Origin: Balneolales bacterium
GTDB lineage: Bacteria > Bacteroidota > Rhodothermia > Balneolales > Natronogracilivirgulaceae
Assembly (NCBI GenBank): GCA_007131625.1
Contig: SLQC01000096.1
Coordinates: forward strand, 1 to 49,857
DNA length: 49,857 nucleotides
Reading direction: 5' to 3'
Below, piece after piece: positions 19,494 through 28,811 of this stretch. Both the position numbers and the translations under genes were made by a program. The first letter of the stretch is position 1. Each line of letters starts with the position of its first letter. Below the pieces are notes generated by a model. It saw nothing but the letters and a program-made list of their open reading frames with translations. It made no database searches and was not told the origin of the DNA.

Positions 19494-20183
19494 ATGCTTA
19501 CATTGACTCTCCAGCCACCATCTAAATGTACATCGGCGGTTTCGCTCAAGAGGATCGCGATAATCCCAACAGTCCTGATGTTGGCAGGATGTCTGGGTCC
19601 GGTCGCCGATTTGTACCCCGATGACATCGGCGAGCGTCCTGTTCCGGTATATGTCGTGCAGGTGGGATGGCATGCCGGGCTGGTTGTCGAAACCGAACAT
19701 CTGAGCGACACCTTCCCGGTTCACGAGCAAATGCCCGAAGCGGCATACCTGAAAATCGGCTGGGGAGATGACAAATATTATCCCGATCCTGACCCGACAT
19801 TTTGGGTGCTGCTTCGGGCAGTGTTCTGGCCCAGCCGGAGTGTACTCCATGTGGTAGGTATGGATGTGCCCGTTGCGAATTACTTCCCCGGGTCGGAGGT
19901 AATTACACTGCATCTGTCAGAGAAGGGAATGGAGCAGTTGACCGAATTCGTGGTACACTATTTCCGTCGGGATGATGACGACGGAAAACCGATTTACCAC
20001 AGCTATGGCCGATACGGAAAGAGTGCATTTTTCAAGGCGAGGGGACGCTACTACATCCCCAAAACATCGAATGTCTGGACTGCCCGGGCACTGCGATCTG
20101 CCGGCGTACCTATCACGCCGATCTATGCGCCGACCGCGCGTAATGTGATGCGTCAGGCTGGACGTGCGGCTGAGAGGGATTGA
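19494..20183 (+). CDS. DUF2459/TIGR02117-like lipoprotein
   Basis: Lipobox VLMLAGC; VQVGWHAGLVVE and KIGWGDDKYYP as I recall for this family. Recognition from memory only. Confidence 0.45.
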   Translation: MLTLTLQPPSKCTSAVSLKRIAIIPTVLMLAGCLGPVADLYPDDIGERPVPVYVVQVGWHAGLVVETEHLSDTFPVHEQMPEAAYLKIGWGDDKYYPDPDPTFWVLLRAVFWPSRSVLHVVGMDVPVANYFPGSEVITLHLSEKGMEQLTEFVVHYFRRDDDDGKPIYHSYGRYGKSAFFKARGRYYIPKTSNVWTARALRSAGVPITPIYAPTARNVMRQAGRAAERD

Positions 20184-20231
20184 ATTTATGTAAAAATGGG
20201 TACATGATTTTTAAATGATTCAGGTCACAAT

Positions 20232-20417
20232 TTGTGTTCTTCAATCGTGAAAGTATCACAAACCGAGAGCCGTATCCCCGAGCGAGTGGTCCATGCCAAG
20301 GGATGGGGTGCCTTCGGCATATTTACCGTCAACCATGACATTACTAAATATTCCCTCGATTCGAACTTTCCGAAGGTGGGTAAAAAAGACCGATTTGGTC
20401 GCCCTTTTCTCCACTGA
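20232..20417 (+). pseudogene. catalase gene fragment (N-terminal ~50 conserved residues only)
   Basis: [28 protein letters not shown]...VGKK matches the catalase heme-distal His region ([17 protein letters not shown]). The frame collapses after FSTEAG, and no further catalase sequence follows. Confidence 0.75.
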
Positions 20418-20720
20418 GGCGGGGAGAACTGGGTGCTGCCGTTGCCGATATACACGCCAATAACGGTGCCGGGATGAAACCGATCCATTTTGCTGCGATC
20501 TTCGGAAACTTTAAGGTAATGCATATGCTGGAGCCTGCCGGGAAGAGGCCAACTGAAGCAAGATTTGACGGAAAGGCATCAAAAAGTGAAAAAAAGTGCT
20601 GCCTGCCGATGGCCCATTATGCCTGTGGTTGCCCATGCCATCGGTCGTATCCGTATGTTTTTTTAGCGAAGATTGCGTAATTATATAGAAAAACTTCTGT
20701 TATTTGTTATATTGCAATAA

Positions 20721-20736
20721 AACATAACGTTATGTT
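20721..20736. promoter_or_regulatory. perfect 16-bp palindrome AACATAACGTTATGTT overlapping the start codon at 20732
   Basis: Self-complementary by direct reading. Confidence 0.3.
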
Positions 20737-21562
20737 ATTCCCGGAATCCCATATCGAAATACCTGAAACAAGGCTAACGGTCACTTTCACGGACGAGGGT
20801 CCGGCTGGAGCTGCACCGGTTATTCTGTTCATACACGGATTTCCATTCAGTAAATCCATGTGGGACATGCAGGTCAAGGTGCTTAAAGAGGAATATCGCG
20901 TGATTGCATATGACGTTCGTGGACATGGGAACTCCAAAATTGGGCCTGATGATTTCTCGATTGAACTATTTGCAGACGACCTGATCCGCTTCATGGATGT
21001 CCTGGAAATAGACAGTGCCACAATATGCGGGCTGTCCATGGGTGGATATATTGCATTACGCGCTATGGAGAAAGTTTCGAACCGTTTTGATGCGCTCGTT
21101 TTGTGTGATACACAATGCAAAGCCGATACTCCCGAAGGGGTGGAAAAACGGATGAAAGCCATTGACAGCATTCAAGAGAATGGGCGGGAACACTATGCCG
21201 AAGAGAGTGTGAAGAATCTTTTTGCTCCGGAATCATTCACTACAAGGAAGGAGGAAATTGCTGCAATCAGGGAGACGATCATCCATACCTCCACTGAGTC
21301 GCTTGTCCGGACGCTTCGTGCGTTGGCCGGACGAAAAGAAACCTGCAGCAAACTGGTGGAAATAAAAGTGCCGGTACTGATTATGGTGGGTGAGAAAGAT
21401 AACATTACCCCTCCTGCCGCGGCGTGGTTGATGCATGAGGGCATCAAGGGCTCTACTCTGAAAATTTTGGATCACGCGGGACATATGAGCAACCTGGAGA
21501 ATCCCGATGCATTTAATGAGCACCTGACAAAATTTGTTGCTTCGGTTTACAAGAAAGTCTGA
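20732..21562 (+). CDS. alpha/beta-fold hydrolase
   Basis: LFIHGFPFS, nucleophile elbow GLSMGG, and C-terminal DHAGHM histidine motif. Confidence 0.8.
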   Translation: MLFPESHIEIPETRLTVTFTDEGPAGAAPVILFIHGFPFSKSMWDMQVKVLKEEYRVIAYDVRGHGNSKIGPDDFSIELFADDLIRFMDVLEIDSATICGLSMGGYIALRAMEKVSNRFDALVLCDTQCKADTPEGVEKRMKAIDSIQENGREHYAEESVKNLFAPESFTTRKEEIAAIRETIIHTSTESLVRTLRALAGRKETCSKLVEIKVPVLIMVGEKDNITPPAAAWLMHEGIKGSTLKILDHAGHMSNLENPDAFNEHLTKFVASVYKKV

Positions 21563-21810
21563 AGCGAAAAACACCGGTCGGTATATCTAAGTGTCCGTTC
21601 ATAGTCTCGATTTAACGAGTTTTGCTTTATCCAACAGAGGGATATGTCCAATGTACATTTTTTTTCAGATCCAGCCGCACAAAGTACTTCCAGGCATCAA
21701 GAAATGTAAGGCATTGTATCACAAATGGTTATAGATATTCAGATTCCGTATTATGTGCTGAAATATACCATTATCTTAATCTACCCAACTGCAGAGAAAC
21801 TGCAAAAGAA

Positions 21811-21925
21811 CGTTTTGTATTTAAATTTGCAAAAAATATGTCACATGGAGCCCCCATGGCATAATCATCCGCCTGTGTGTCAAGACTTTGCAATGGGTTT
21901 CTCGCTTACGCGTTTCACTGGGCAT
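21811..21925 (-). repeat. repeat unit C2 (115 nt, longer 5' part) of the ATGA-delimited family
   Basis: The minus strand reads ATGCCCAGTGAAACGCGTAAGCGAG...GACACACAGGCGGATGATTATGCCATGGGGGCTCCATGTGACAT.... It shares the ACACAGG-N3-ATGATTA box and the CATGG/CCATG hairpin. Confidence 0.7.
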
Positions 21926-22019
21926 CTGTTTGAATTTTCTGATTTATAATGTCAGATGGAGCATCCATGTGTTTAATCATGTGCTTTAGTGTCGAAAATT
22001 TTCGCCATGGATGTTTCAT
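21926..22019 (-). repeat. repeat unit C1 (94 nt) of the ATGA-delimited family
   Basis: The minus strand reads ATGAAACATCCATGGCGAAAATTTTCGACACTAAAGCACATGATTAAACACATGGATGCTCCATCTGACATTATAAATCAG.... It is highly similar to B2 along its whole length. Confidence 0.85.
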
Positions 22020-22032
22020 CTTCAACCGCAGG

Positions 22033-22240
22033 ATTGTAATATCCGATATACCGGCGAAAGCGTATGAATATGTTGTTTATGGCAAATCGGCCATTGAGTG
22101 GGTCATGGAGCGTTATCAGGTTACGGTCCACAAGGCCAGCGGTATCAAAAAAACGATGCGAACAATTGGGTGGATCAAGTCGGCAATCCGGGATTTATCC
22201 TGGATTAACTGCTGAGAGTGATCAATTTATTAAATATTGC
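22033..22240 (+). pseudogene. C-terminal remnant of a large helicase/N6-methylase (type ISP-like) restriction-modification enzyme
   Basis: IPAKAYEYVVYGKSAIEWVMERYQVTVHKASGIK, then after a frameshift in an A7 run, NDANNWVDQVGNPGFILD*LLRVINLL. I recall this tail motif from type ISP R-M enzymes. There is an internal frameshift plus a stop, and no upstream body. Confidence 0.5.
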
Positions 22241-22253
22241 TGGAGGCTATTCT

Positions 22254-22668
22254 ATGATTTTGAAAATATATAAGTTAACAGATATAAAAACGCTTGTATA
22301 TGCATTAGGTTTGACGGTGTTTTTTGTAACATTTGGATGTGATTTGTCGATAGATCAAGAGGAATCGAACTCTGTCAATGAAACCACCTGGTGGATTCAT
22401 GGAGACACGCATGTTGGACATGAAACCTATAAAAATCAGCTGTCCAATGCTGTTACGGATGTTAATTCTTTGGGTATTTCCAATTTTGCGGTTACACTGG
22501 GAGATTGTATTGATGGTTCATGCACACTGGCATGAATGGTTTCTTGATGAAGATTTCGGTGGACACGGTTTTCCCCAGTTATTTATTAATAATGTGCTAT
22601 ATGATAATGAATCGGCATTTATGACCATAAAGGATGGGGAGGATGCAACAATTATAACTTTCCGGTAA
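22254..22668 (+). pseudogene. truncated/internally deleted metallophosphoesterase lipoprotein
   Basis: Signal/lipobox LTVFFVTFGC, motif I WWIHGDTHVGH and motif II LGDCID, then a stop after 93 codons from the Met at 22254. A second frame carries a short C-terminal-like piece. The GNHD-type motifs are absent. Confidence 0.4.
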
Positions 22669-23035
22669 CAAGAAATCATGAAAATCAAGAATGGATAAAG
22701 GTTTTTGATCGAGAGACATATGTAATTGAACTTGAAAAGTAATGATGTAAGTCCATTTGGTTGTAATCACTCATATTTAGTGAATTGTCACGGGTCAAAT
22801 GAAGACCTGCAACAGATGCCGGCCAATAATCATCTGTTCGGATGTGGGGAGGGTATCCTGCTTTGTCCCATTCCGCTCCAGTGGTTTCCGGCAGGTTTAA
22901 GACTCCTGATGGAAGCCGGCATCTTGTTCTATCGCTCAATCAGATAAATGATTTCAGTGTTATTACTAAAGTATATTGAAGAGTCTGTTTCGGTAGCATT
23001 AATCTTACATTTATTTGCGAACCTGACATAAAAAA

Positions 23036-23806
23036 ATGATTAAAAAACAGTGGTACGAAACGTTATTCGAAAATTATGCGCAAAAATATGATAATGAGGT
23101 TTTTGTGCAGGGGACTATTGGCGAATGTGATTTTATCGAAAGCGAGCTGCAATTCGACAAAACATTAAAGGTGCTGGATGTTGGTTGCGGGACAGGCCGG
23201 CATTCCATTGAATTGACGAAACGGGGCTATGCCGTTACCGGTATTGATTTATCAGAATCGCAGCTTGAAAGAGCCCGGGAAAAGGCGCGGGACAATGACC
23301 TTGAGATTGATTTTCTCAATCTTGATGCCAGAAACCTGCCGTTCAACAAAGAGTTTGATGTGGCCATAATGCTTTGTGAGGGCGGGTTTCCGTTGATGGA
23401 GACCGACGAAATGAATTTTGAAATTTTAAAGAATGTGGCCGAATCATTAAAAAACCATGCCAAATTTATGTTTACGACGTTGAATGGATTGTTCCCTTTG
23501 TATCATTCGGTGAATGAATTTCATGAATCGGCGGAGGCGAGAGAGTGTACCACCACATACAAAAGCTACTCATTTGATCTGATGACTTTCCGGGATTACA
23601 ACAAAACCAGGATAGAGGATGATGATGGCAACATAAGAGAGCTTGAATGCAATGAAAGATATTATGTCCCCAGTGAAATAACCTGGCTTTTAAAATCGCT
23701 CGGATTCAGGAAAATTGAAATCTTCGGCGCAAAACTAGGCACTTTTTCAAGATCGGATAAATTGACAACGGAAGATTACGAGATGCTGGTTGTGGCTGAG
23801 AAATAA
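23036..23806 (+). CDS. class I SAM-dependent methyltransferase
   Basis: Motif I VLDVGCGTGRHS and the acidic residue in ...GIDLS. Confidence 0.8.
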   Translation: MIKKQWYETLFENYAQKYDNEVFVQGTIGECDFIESELQFDKTLKVLDVGCGTGRHSIELTKRGYAVTGIDLSESQLERAREKARDNDLEIDFLNLDARNLPFNKEFDVAIMLCEGGFPLMETDEMNFEILKNVAESLKNHAKFMFTTLNGLFPLYHSVNEFHESAEARECTTTYKSYSFDLMTFRDYNKTRIEDDDGNIRELECNERYYVPSEITWLLKSLGFRKIEIFGAKLGTFSRSDKLTTEDYEMLVVAEK

Positions 23807-23950
23807 ACTCAAGTATCCGGATAAATCCACACTTTTTGAGAACTATATAAAAAAACAGAAGTGTATGAAGTTCTTGAAAACCGTATGGGCTGTTCGACCA
23901 TGATAGTCAAGAAAGTGATTGAATGATTTAACAAATCGGTAAAAAGTATC

Positions 23951-23979
23951 TTGACAGGGATGTGATTTTGCCGTATGTT
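23951..23979 (+). promoter_or_regulatory. sigma70-like promoter candidate for the tetR-efflux operon
   Basis: TTGACA (23951-23956), 17-nt spacer, TATGTT (23974-23979), about 47 nt upstream of the ATG at 24026. Confidence 0.3.
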
Positions 23980-24025
23980 GAATTAACCATTCAGTCAAAC
24001 TATCTGATATAATCAAACGGTTGCA

Positions 24026-24712
24026 ATGCTAAAAAAAGAAATTCAAACAGAGCAAAAAATTCTGGAGGCGGCTCGTAAGGTGTTTCAACGATCAGGAATC
24101 GGTGGTGCACGCATGCAGGAGATCGCTGATGAAGCCGAAATCAACAAGGCATCGCTGCATTACTACTACCGAAGCAAGGAGAAGTTGTTTCAAACGGTAT
24201 TCCAGGAGGATTTTCATCAATTTATGATCCCTCAATTCAAAATAATGAGGGATCCATCACTGTCGCTCGAAGAGCGGATCAGAACCTTCATAACTTCCTA
24301 TTCCGAAACAATGGTTGAGAATCTCCATCTTCCGCTCTTTATTCTACACGAGATATCCAGAAATCCGGATCGCCTGGTGTATTTGGTAAAAGGAAAAATG
24401 GGGATGATTGCAGATGAGGATAATGTCTCTGAAATACAGATACCGACCGCATTTGCCCGGCAAATCCGGGAAGGTATAAATCGCGGGGACTATCATGAAG
24501 TTGATCCGGAACAGTACATCATAAGCCTGATTAGCATGTGTGTCTTTCCGTTTGCAGGTCGTCCGATGGTCAAATTCTTCTTCAATAAAGATGACGAACA
24601 GTACCGGGAATTTATGCAAAAGCGTCAGGATGAAATTATCGATTACGCTTTCCGGATTCTGCTAAAGGGTTACCAGCCTGGTAAATCTGTTGCATCGAAG
24701 GGGAAAGGGTGA
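24026..24712 (+). CDS. TetR/AcrR-family transcriptional regulator
   Basis: N-terminal HTH GARMQEIADEAEINKASLHYYYRSKEKLF. Confidence 0.85.
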   Translation: MLKKEIQTEQKILEAARKVFQRSGIGGARMQEIADEAEINKASLHYYYRSKEKLFQTVFQEDFHQFMIPQFKIMRDPSLSLEERIRTFITSYSETMVENLHLPLFILHEISRNPDRLVYLVKGKMGMIADEDNVSEIQIPTAFARQIREGINRGDYHEVDPEQYIISLISMCVFPFAGRPMVKFFFNKDDEQYREFMQKRQDEIIDYAFRILLKGYQPGKSVASKGKG

Positions 24713-24749
24713 AGTACCTGACCAATATTGAAATGATCAATAAAACCAA

Positions 24750-26183
24750 ATGATGATGAAAGTATTACCTGTTGTACTTCTCTTGTCTCTCCCGGTTATG
24801 CTTTTGGAACCGGGCACAGCTGCGGGGTCGAAGTCGGATTCACCCACAGGATCGCCGTCGGGGTTACCTGTGGCATCGTCTTCCGGGTCAGCTCAGAATT
24901 CGATTTTGAAAAATCCGCTGAATTCAAACATTTCGATGGACCGGCAAGATTCCAAATTTGTGATTCCGGATACGCTGACTCTCGAACTGGCATATGAACT
25001 GGCACTGGAGCGGTTTCCTTTGGTGAATCAGGTGTCCCTTCAGAAGGAAATTCGGGATTTGCGAATAAAAAATGTGAATACTGCCTTGCTTCCGGATATC
25101 ACTTTGTCCGGGATGGTGCAGTACCAGTCGGATGTCACCGAAATTGATATCAGCCTGCCAGGGGATAATGGATTCGATCCTCCCACGCAGCCGCATGACC
25201 GGTATCAGATCGCACTGGACCTGGAGCAGCCACTCTACGACGGTGGCCGCACCCGCGCTCGCAGAGAATTGGAAAATCGAAGATCAGATCGTTCCTTGCA
25301 GGAAATTCAGGTGGATCAACATGAGCTGAAAGACCGTATTAACGACGCATGGTTCGCCATCCTTGCACTGCGTGCGCAACGCAGAACGCTGAAAATTACC
25401 GGAAAGGACCTGGAGGAGCAGCTGGTCACTTTGCGGTCTCAAATCGAGCACGGAATGGTACCGGAATCGGCTGCAGATATTATACGTGCAGAACAACTCC
25501 GCATCACCCAGCAAAAACGATCACTCATCGCACGTGAACGAGCAGCGTTCGGGGTGTTGTCACAGCTTCTGGATACTGAAATTCCCGAAAACATTACTCT
25601 GCAACTGCCAGAAGTGCCTGACCGGCTACCCGGTCCCGATTTCACTGCCCGTCCTGAAATTTCGCTTTTTGAGGCATATAGAAGGGAGCTTTCGCAGCAG
25701 GAAGAGATGGTCACTGCGTCCTATCGTCCTCGCGTTTCGGCCTTCGGACAGGCGGCATACGGCCGGCCTGGACTCAATATGTTCGAATATGACTTCCAGC
25801 CCTGGTATATGGTCGGCATTCGTGCAAGCTGGTCGCTCTGGAACTGGCGGTCCGACGACCGTGAGCGTCAGGAAATCCAACTCCGACACCGACTGGTTGA
25901 TAGCCGGCAGGAAATCTTCGATCGTACCATGAGAATGGCAGTTCAAACCGATCTCGAGAAAATCGCTGAAATGCGTGAGGCGATTCGAACCGACGAGGAG
26001 ATCATCGATTTGCACTCGCGTATTGTCAACGATGCGGCGAGCCGGTTCGAGAATGGAACCATTACCGCAACTGAATATATCAGTGAGCTCAACAATCGTC
26101 AGCGGGCGATCATTAACCGGGAATTGCACCAAATACAACTCGCGACATCATGGCAAAATTATCTCACAACTTTAGGGAACTGA
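24750..26183 (+). CDS. TolC-family outer-membrane efflux protein
   Basis: Signal peptide, two coiled-coil/OEP repeats, position in the efflux cluster. Confidence 0.75.
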   Translation: MMMKVLPVVLLLSLPVMLLEPGTAAGSKSDSPTGSPSGLPVASSSGSAQNSILKNPLNSNISMDRQDSKFVIPDTLTLELAYELALERFPLVNQVSLQKEIRDLRIKNVNTALLPDITLSGMVQYQSDVTEIDISLPGDNGFDPPTQPHDRYQIALDLEQPLYDGGRTRARRELENRRSDRSLQEIQVDQHELKDRINDAWFAILALRAQRRTLKITGKDLEEQLVTLRSQIEHGMVPESAADIIRAEQLRITQQKRSLIARERAAFGVLSQLLDTEIPENITLQLPEVPDRLPGPDFTARPEISLFEAYRRELSQQEEMVTASYRPRVSAFGQAAYGRPGLNMFEYDFQPWYMVGIRASWSLWNWRSDDRERQEIQLRHRLVDSRQEIFDRTMRMAVQTDLEKIAEMREAIRTDEEIIDLHSRIVNDAASRFENGTITATEYISELNNRQRAIINRELHQIQLATSWQNYLTTLGN

Positions 26184-26212
26184 ACAGTTTTAATAAATCG
26201 GGGTATTACGTT

Positions 26213-27109
26213 ATGTCAAAAATAGCTATCACCATTTTACTCAGCATACTGCTGTCCGGAAGCATCCTGCTGGGCGGGTGCGGAACAGATGACACTCTTT
26301 CCGATGCGTACGGGAATTTTGAGGCCACTGAAGTGATGGTCTCGGCGGAAACCGGCGGACGCCTCGTCAGTTTTTCAGTAGAGGAGGGTGCGAAAATGGC
26401 AAGCGGATATGTAGCGGGATGGGTGGATACCCTTTCCCTGAATATTCAAAAGCGTCAGCTGGAAGCGCAAAAGGCGGCGATACTTTCGCGTTTGCTGGAT
26501 ACGAGGGCGCAGGCGGATGTCTACCGTGAACAGAAGGCGGTAGCGAAGGTGGAACTCGATCGGATCCGACGCATGTTTGACGATGGTTCGGCCACGCGCC
26601 GCCAGTTGGATGAGGTTGAAGGCAATATTCGGGTATTCAATCGGCAGATCGCCGCGGCTGAAACACAAGAAAACAGCATTCGAAGTGAAGCACGTGTGAT
26701 CGACGCGCATATGGAAGAGCTTCAGGACCGGATCAAGCGGTCTGCCATTCGCAATCCCAAATCTGGCACTGTGCTGGCCAAATATGCAGAACCCGGCGAG
26801 ATGGTATCACCCGGAAAGCCGCTCTTCAAACTGGCCGATTTGGAAACGATGCACCTAAGGGCGTATTTAAGCGGTTCGCAATTGCCGCAAGTGCAGCTGG
26901 GGCAGACAGTGGAGGTACTGTTTGACGGGCCTGACGGCACAATTGAGCGCATCAACGGGGAGATTTCCTGGATCGCCTCACGCGGTGAATTCACACCACG
27001 CACAATCCAGACCCGTGAAGAACGTGTCAATACGGTTTATGCAATGAAAGTGCGGGTCCGAAACGATGGACGACTGAAAATAGGCATGCCCGGTGAAGTA
27101 ATATTTTGA
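26213..27109 (+). CDS. HlyD-family membrane-fusion (periplasmic adaptor) protein
   Basis: Lipobox ILLGGCG, a long coiled-coil segment and a C-terminal beta-barrel (GMPGEV). The ORF opens at 26150, but the Met at 26213 is the likely start. Confidence 0.75.
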   Translation: MSKIAITILLSILLSGSILLGGCGTDDTLSDAYGNFEATEVMVSAETGGRLVSFSVEEGAKMASGYVAGWVDTLSLNIQKRQLEAQKAAILSRLLDTRAQADVYREQKAVAKVELDRIRRMFDDGSATRRQLDEVEGNIRVFNRQIAAAETQENSIRSEARVIDAHMEELQDRIKRSAIRNPKSGTVLAKYAEPGEMVSPGKPLFKLADLETMHLRAYLSGSQLPQVQLGQTVEVLFDGPDGTIERINGEISWIASRGEFTPRTIQTREERVNTVYAMKVRVRNDGRLKIGMPGEVIF

Positions 27110-28071
27110 TACATACCATGACCGTAACCGTCAAAAATCTTACAAAAAACTACGGCGAAATCAAGGCGCTGAAAGGTGTCTCGTTTGACGTTGCAAGCGG
27201 TGAATTATTCGGTCTGATTGGTCCGGACGGCGCAGGGAAAACGACGCTTTTTCGCATTTTGACATCTCTGTTATTGCAGGACGATGGCGAGGCGAAGGTG
27301 CACGGGTTCGATGTCGTTGCCGATTACAGAGAGATCCGCAAGATCATCGGCTACATGCCTGGACGTTTTTCGCTGTATCAGGATCTCACAGTAGAGGAAA
27401 ATCTCAATTTTTTTGCCACGATTTTCAACACAACGGTGGAGGAAAACTACCAATTGATCCGCGACATTTACCACCAGATTGCACCGTTCAAAACGCGTCG
27501 TGCCGGTGATCTCAGCGGTGGTATGAAACAAAAACTGGCGCTCAGCTGCGCACTCATCCACAAACCTGAAATTCTGATTCTCGACGAACCGACCACTGGC
27601 GTCGATGCGGTTTCGCGCCGCGAGTTCTGGGATATGCTGGCCCGGCTGCGGGCATCCGGGCTCACTATCCTGGTGTCTACACCCTACATGGATGAGGCGT
27701 CGCGCTGCGACCGGGTGGCGCTTATGGACCGGGGTAAGATCCTGAGCATCAACACCCCAGCCGGCATTTCGGATGAGTTTAGCCGACCGCTTTACGCGGT
27801 CAAAGCCGATCGCCGATACCAGCTGTTAAAAACGCTGAGGTCGTATCCGTACACACGATCGGTCTTCACTTTCGGTGAATTGGCCCACTATACCGACAGC
27901 CGGGATGATTTTGATCCTGAGATGCTGCGATCACACCTGGAGCAGGAAGGATTGCGGGATGTTCGGGTCGAGCTGATTAATCCAGGTGTTGAAGATACTC
28001 TGATTTCGCTTATGACTACGGAAAGTGAATCGATCGTGGATGGGAATAAGTTCGGGAAAAGTGGAGAATAA
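27106..28071 (+). CDS. ABC transporter ATP-binding protein (first of two)
   Basis: Walker A GPDGAGKTT, signature LSGGMKQK, Walker B ILILDEPT. The TTG at 27106 overlaps the upstream stop; an alternative ATG is at 27118. Confidence 0.9.
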   Translation: MIHTMTVTVKNLTKNYGEIKALKGVSFDVASGELFGLIGPDGAGKTTLFRILTSLLLQDDGEAKVHGFDVVADYREIRKIIGYMPGRFSLYQDLTVEENLNFFATIFNTTVEENYQLIRDIYHQIAPFKTRRAGDLSGGMKQKLALSCALIHKPEILILDEPTTGVDAVSRREFWDMLARLRASGLTILVSTPYMDEASRCDRVALMDRGKILSINTPAGISDEFSRPLYAVKADRRYQLLKTLRSYPYTRSVFTFGELAHYTDSRDDFDPEMLRSHLEQEGLRDVRVELINPGVEDTLISLMTTESESIVDGNKFGKSGE

Positions 28072-28073
28072 CC

Positions 28074-28811
28074 ATGCATAACGACAATATCATTGAAGTG
28101 AGCGGGTTGACCCGGAAGTTCGGCAATTTCACCGCGGTCGACCATATCACATTCGAGGTGAAACGTGGCGAAATATTCGGTTTTCTCGGGGCAAACGGTG
28201 CCGGCAAAACCACGGCTATCCGGATGCTCACCGGCCTGCTGATCCCGTCGACCGGACAAGCCACTGTTGCCGGATTTGACGTCTTCACCCAAACCGAATC
28301 GATCAAAAAGAATATCGGGTACATGAGTCAGAAGTTTTCGCTTTACAGTGACCTCACAGTTGTCGAGAACATCCGGTTTTACGGGGGGATTTACGGACTT
28401 CGAAGCCGGGACATTCGCCGCAAAACCGACGAATTACTAGAGCGGCTCGGCCTGGCTGATGTTCGCAACCGGTTGATCGATGATCTCCCGCTGGGGTGGA
28501 AGCAGAAACTGGCTTTTTCAACTGCTGTGATCCACGAACCGGCCATTGTCTTTATGGACGAGCCAACCGGAGGCGTCGACCCCATCACGCGCCGGCAATT
28601 CTGGGATCTTATTTACGAGGCTTCCGATCGCGGCACCACGATATTTGTGACCACACATTATATGGATGAAGCCGAGTATTGCGACCGTGTTACCATCATG
28701 GTTGACGGACGCATTGACGCGCTTGACACTCCGGGCGGACTCAAAAAAAAGTATGGTGCCGAAGATATTGACGAAGTGTTTGTAAAACTGGCCAGGGGAG
28801 GTGTGGCATGA
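28074..28811 (+). CDS. ABC transporter ATP-binding protein (second of two)
   Basis: Walker A GANGAGKTT, degenerate signature LPLGWKQK, Walker B IVFMDEPT. Confidence 0.9.
   Translation: MHNDNIIEVSGLTRKFGNFTAVDHITFEVKRGEIFGFLGANGAGKTTAIRMLTGLLIPSTGQATVAGFDVFTQTESIKKNIGYMSQKFSLYSDLTVVENIRFYGGIYGLRSRDIRRKTDELLERLGLADVRNRLIDDLPLGWKQKLAFSTAVIHEPAIVFMDEPTGGVDPITRRQFWDLIYEASDRGTTIFVTTHYMDEAEYCDRVTIMVDGRIDALDTPGGLKKKYGAEDIDEVFVKLARGGVA

Noticed and set aside
20225-20524. 99-aa minus-strand ORF
   Set aside because: It is antisense to the catalase fragment, whose plus-strand translation carries the unmistakable [11 protein letters not shown] motif. The minus-strand frame has no motif.
21949-22215. 88-aa ORF presented as an intact small gene
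   Set aside because: It is chimeric. Codons 1-28 are the reverse complement of repeat unit C1, and the rest is the frameshifted tail of an R-M enzyme. I annotated it as a pseudogene plus a repeat instead.
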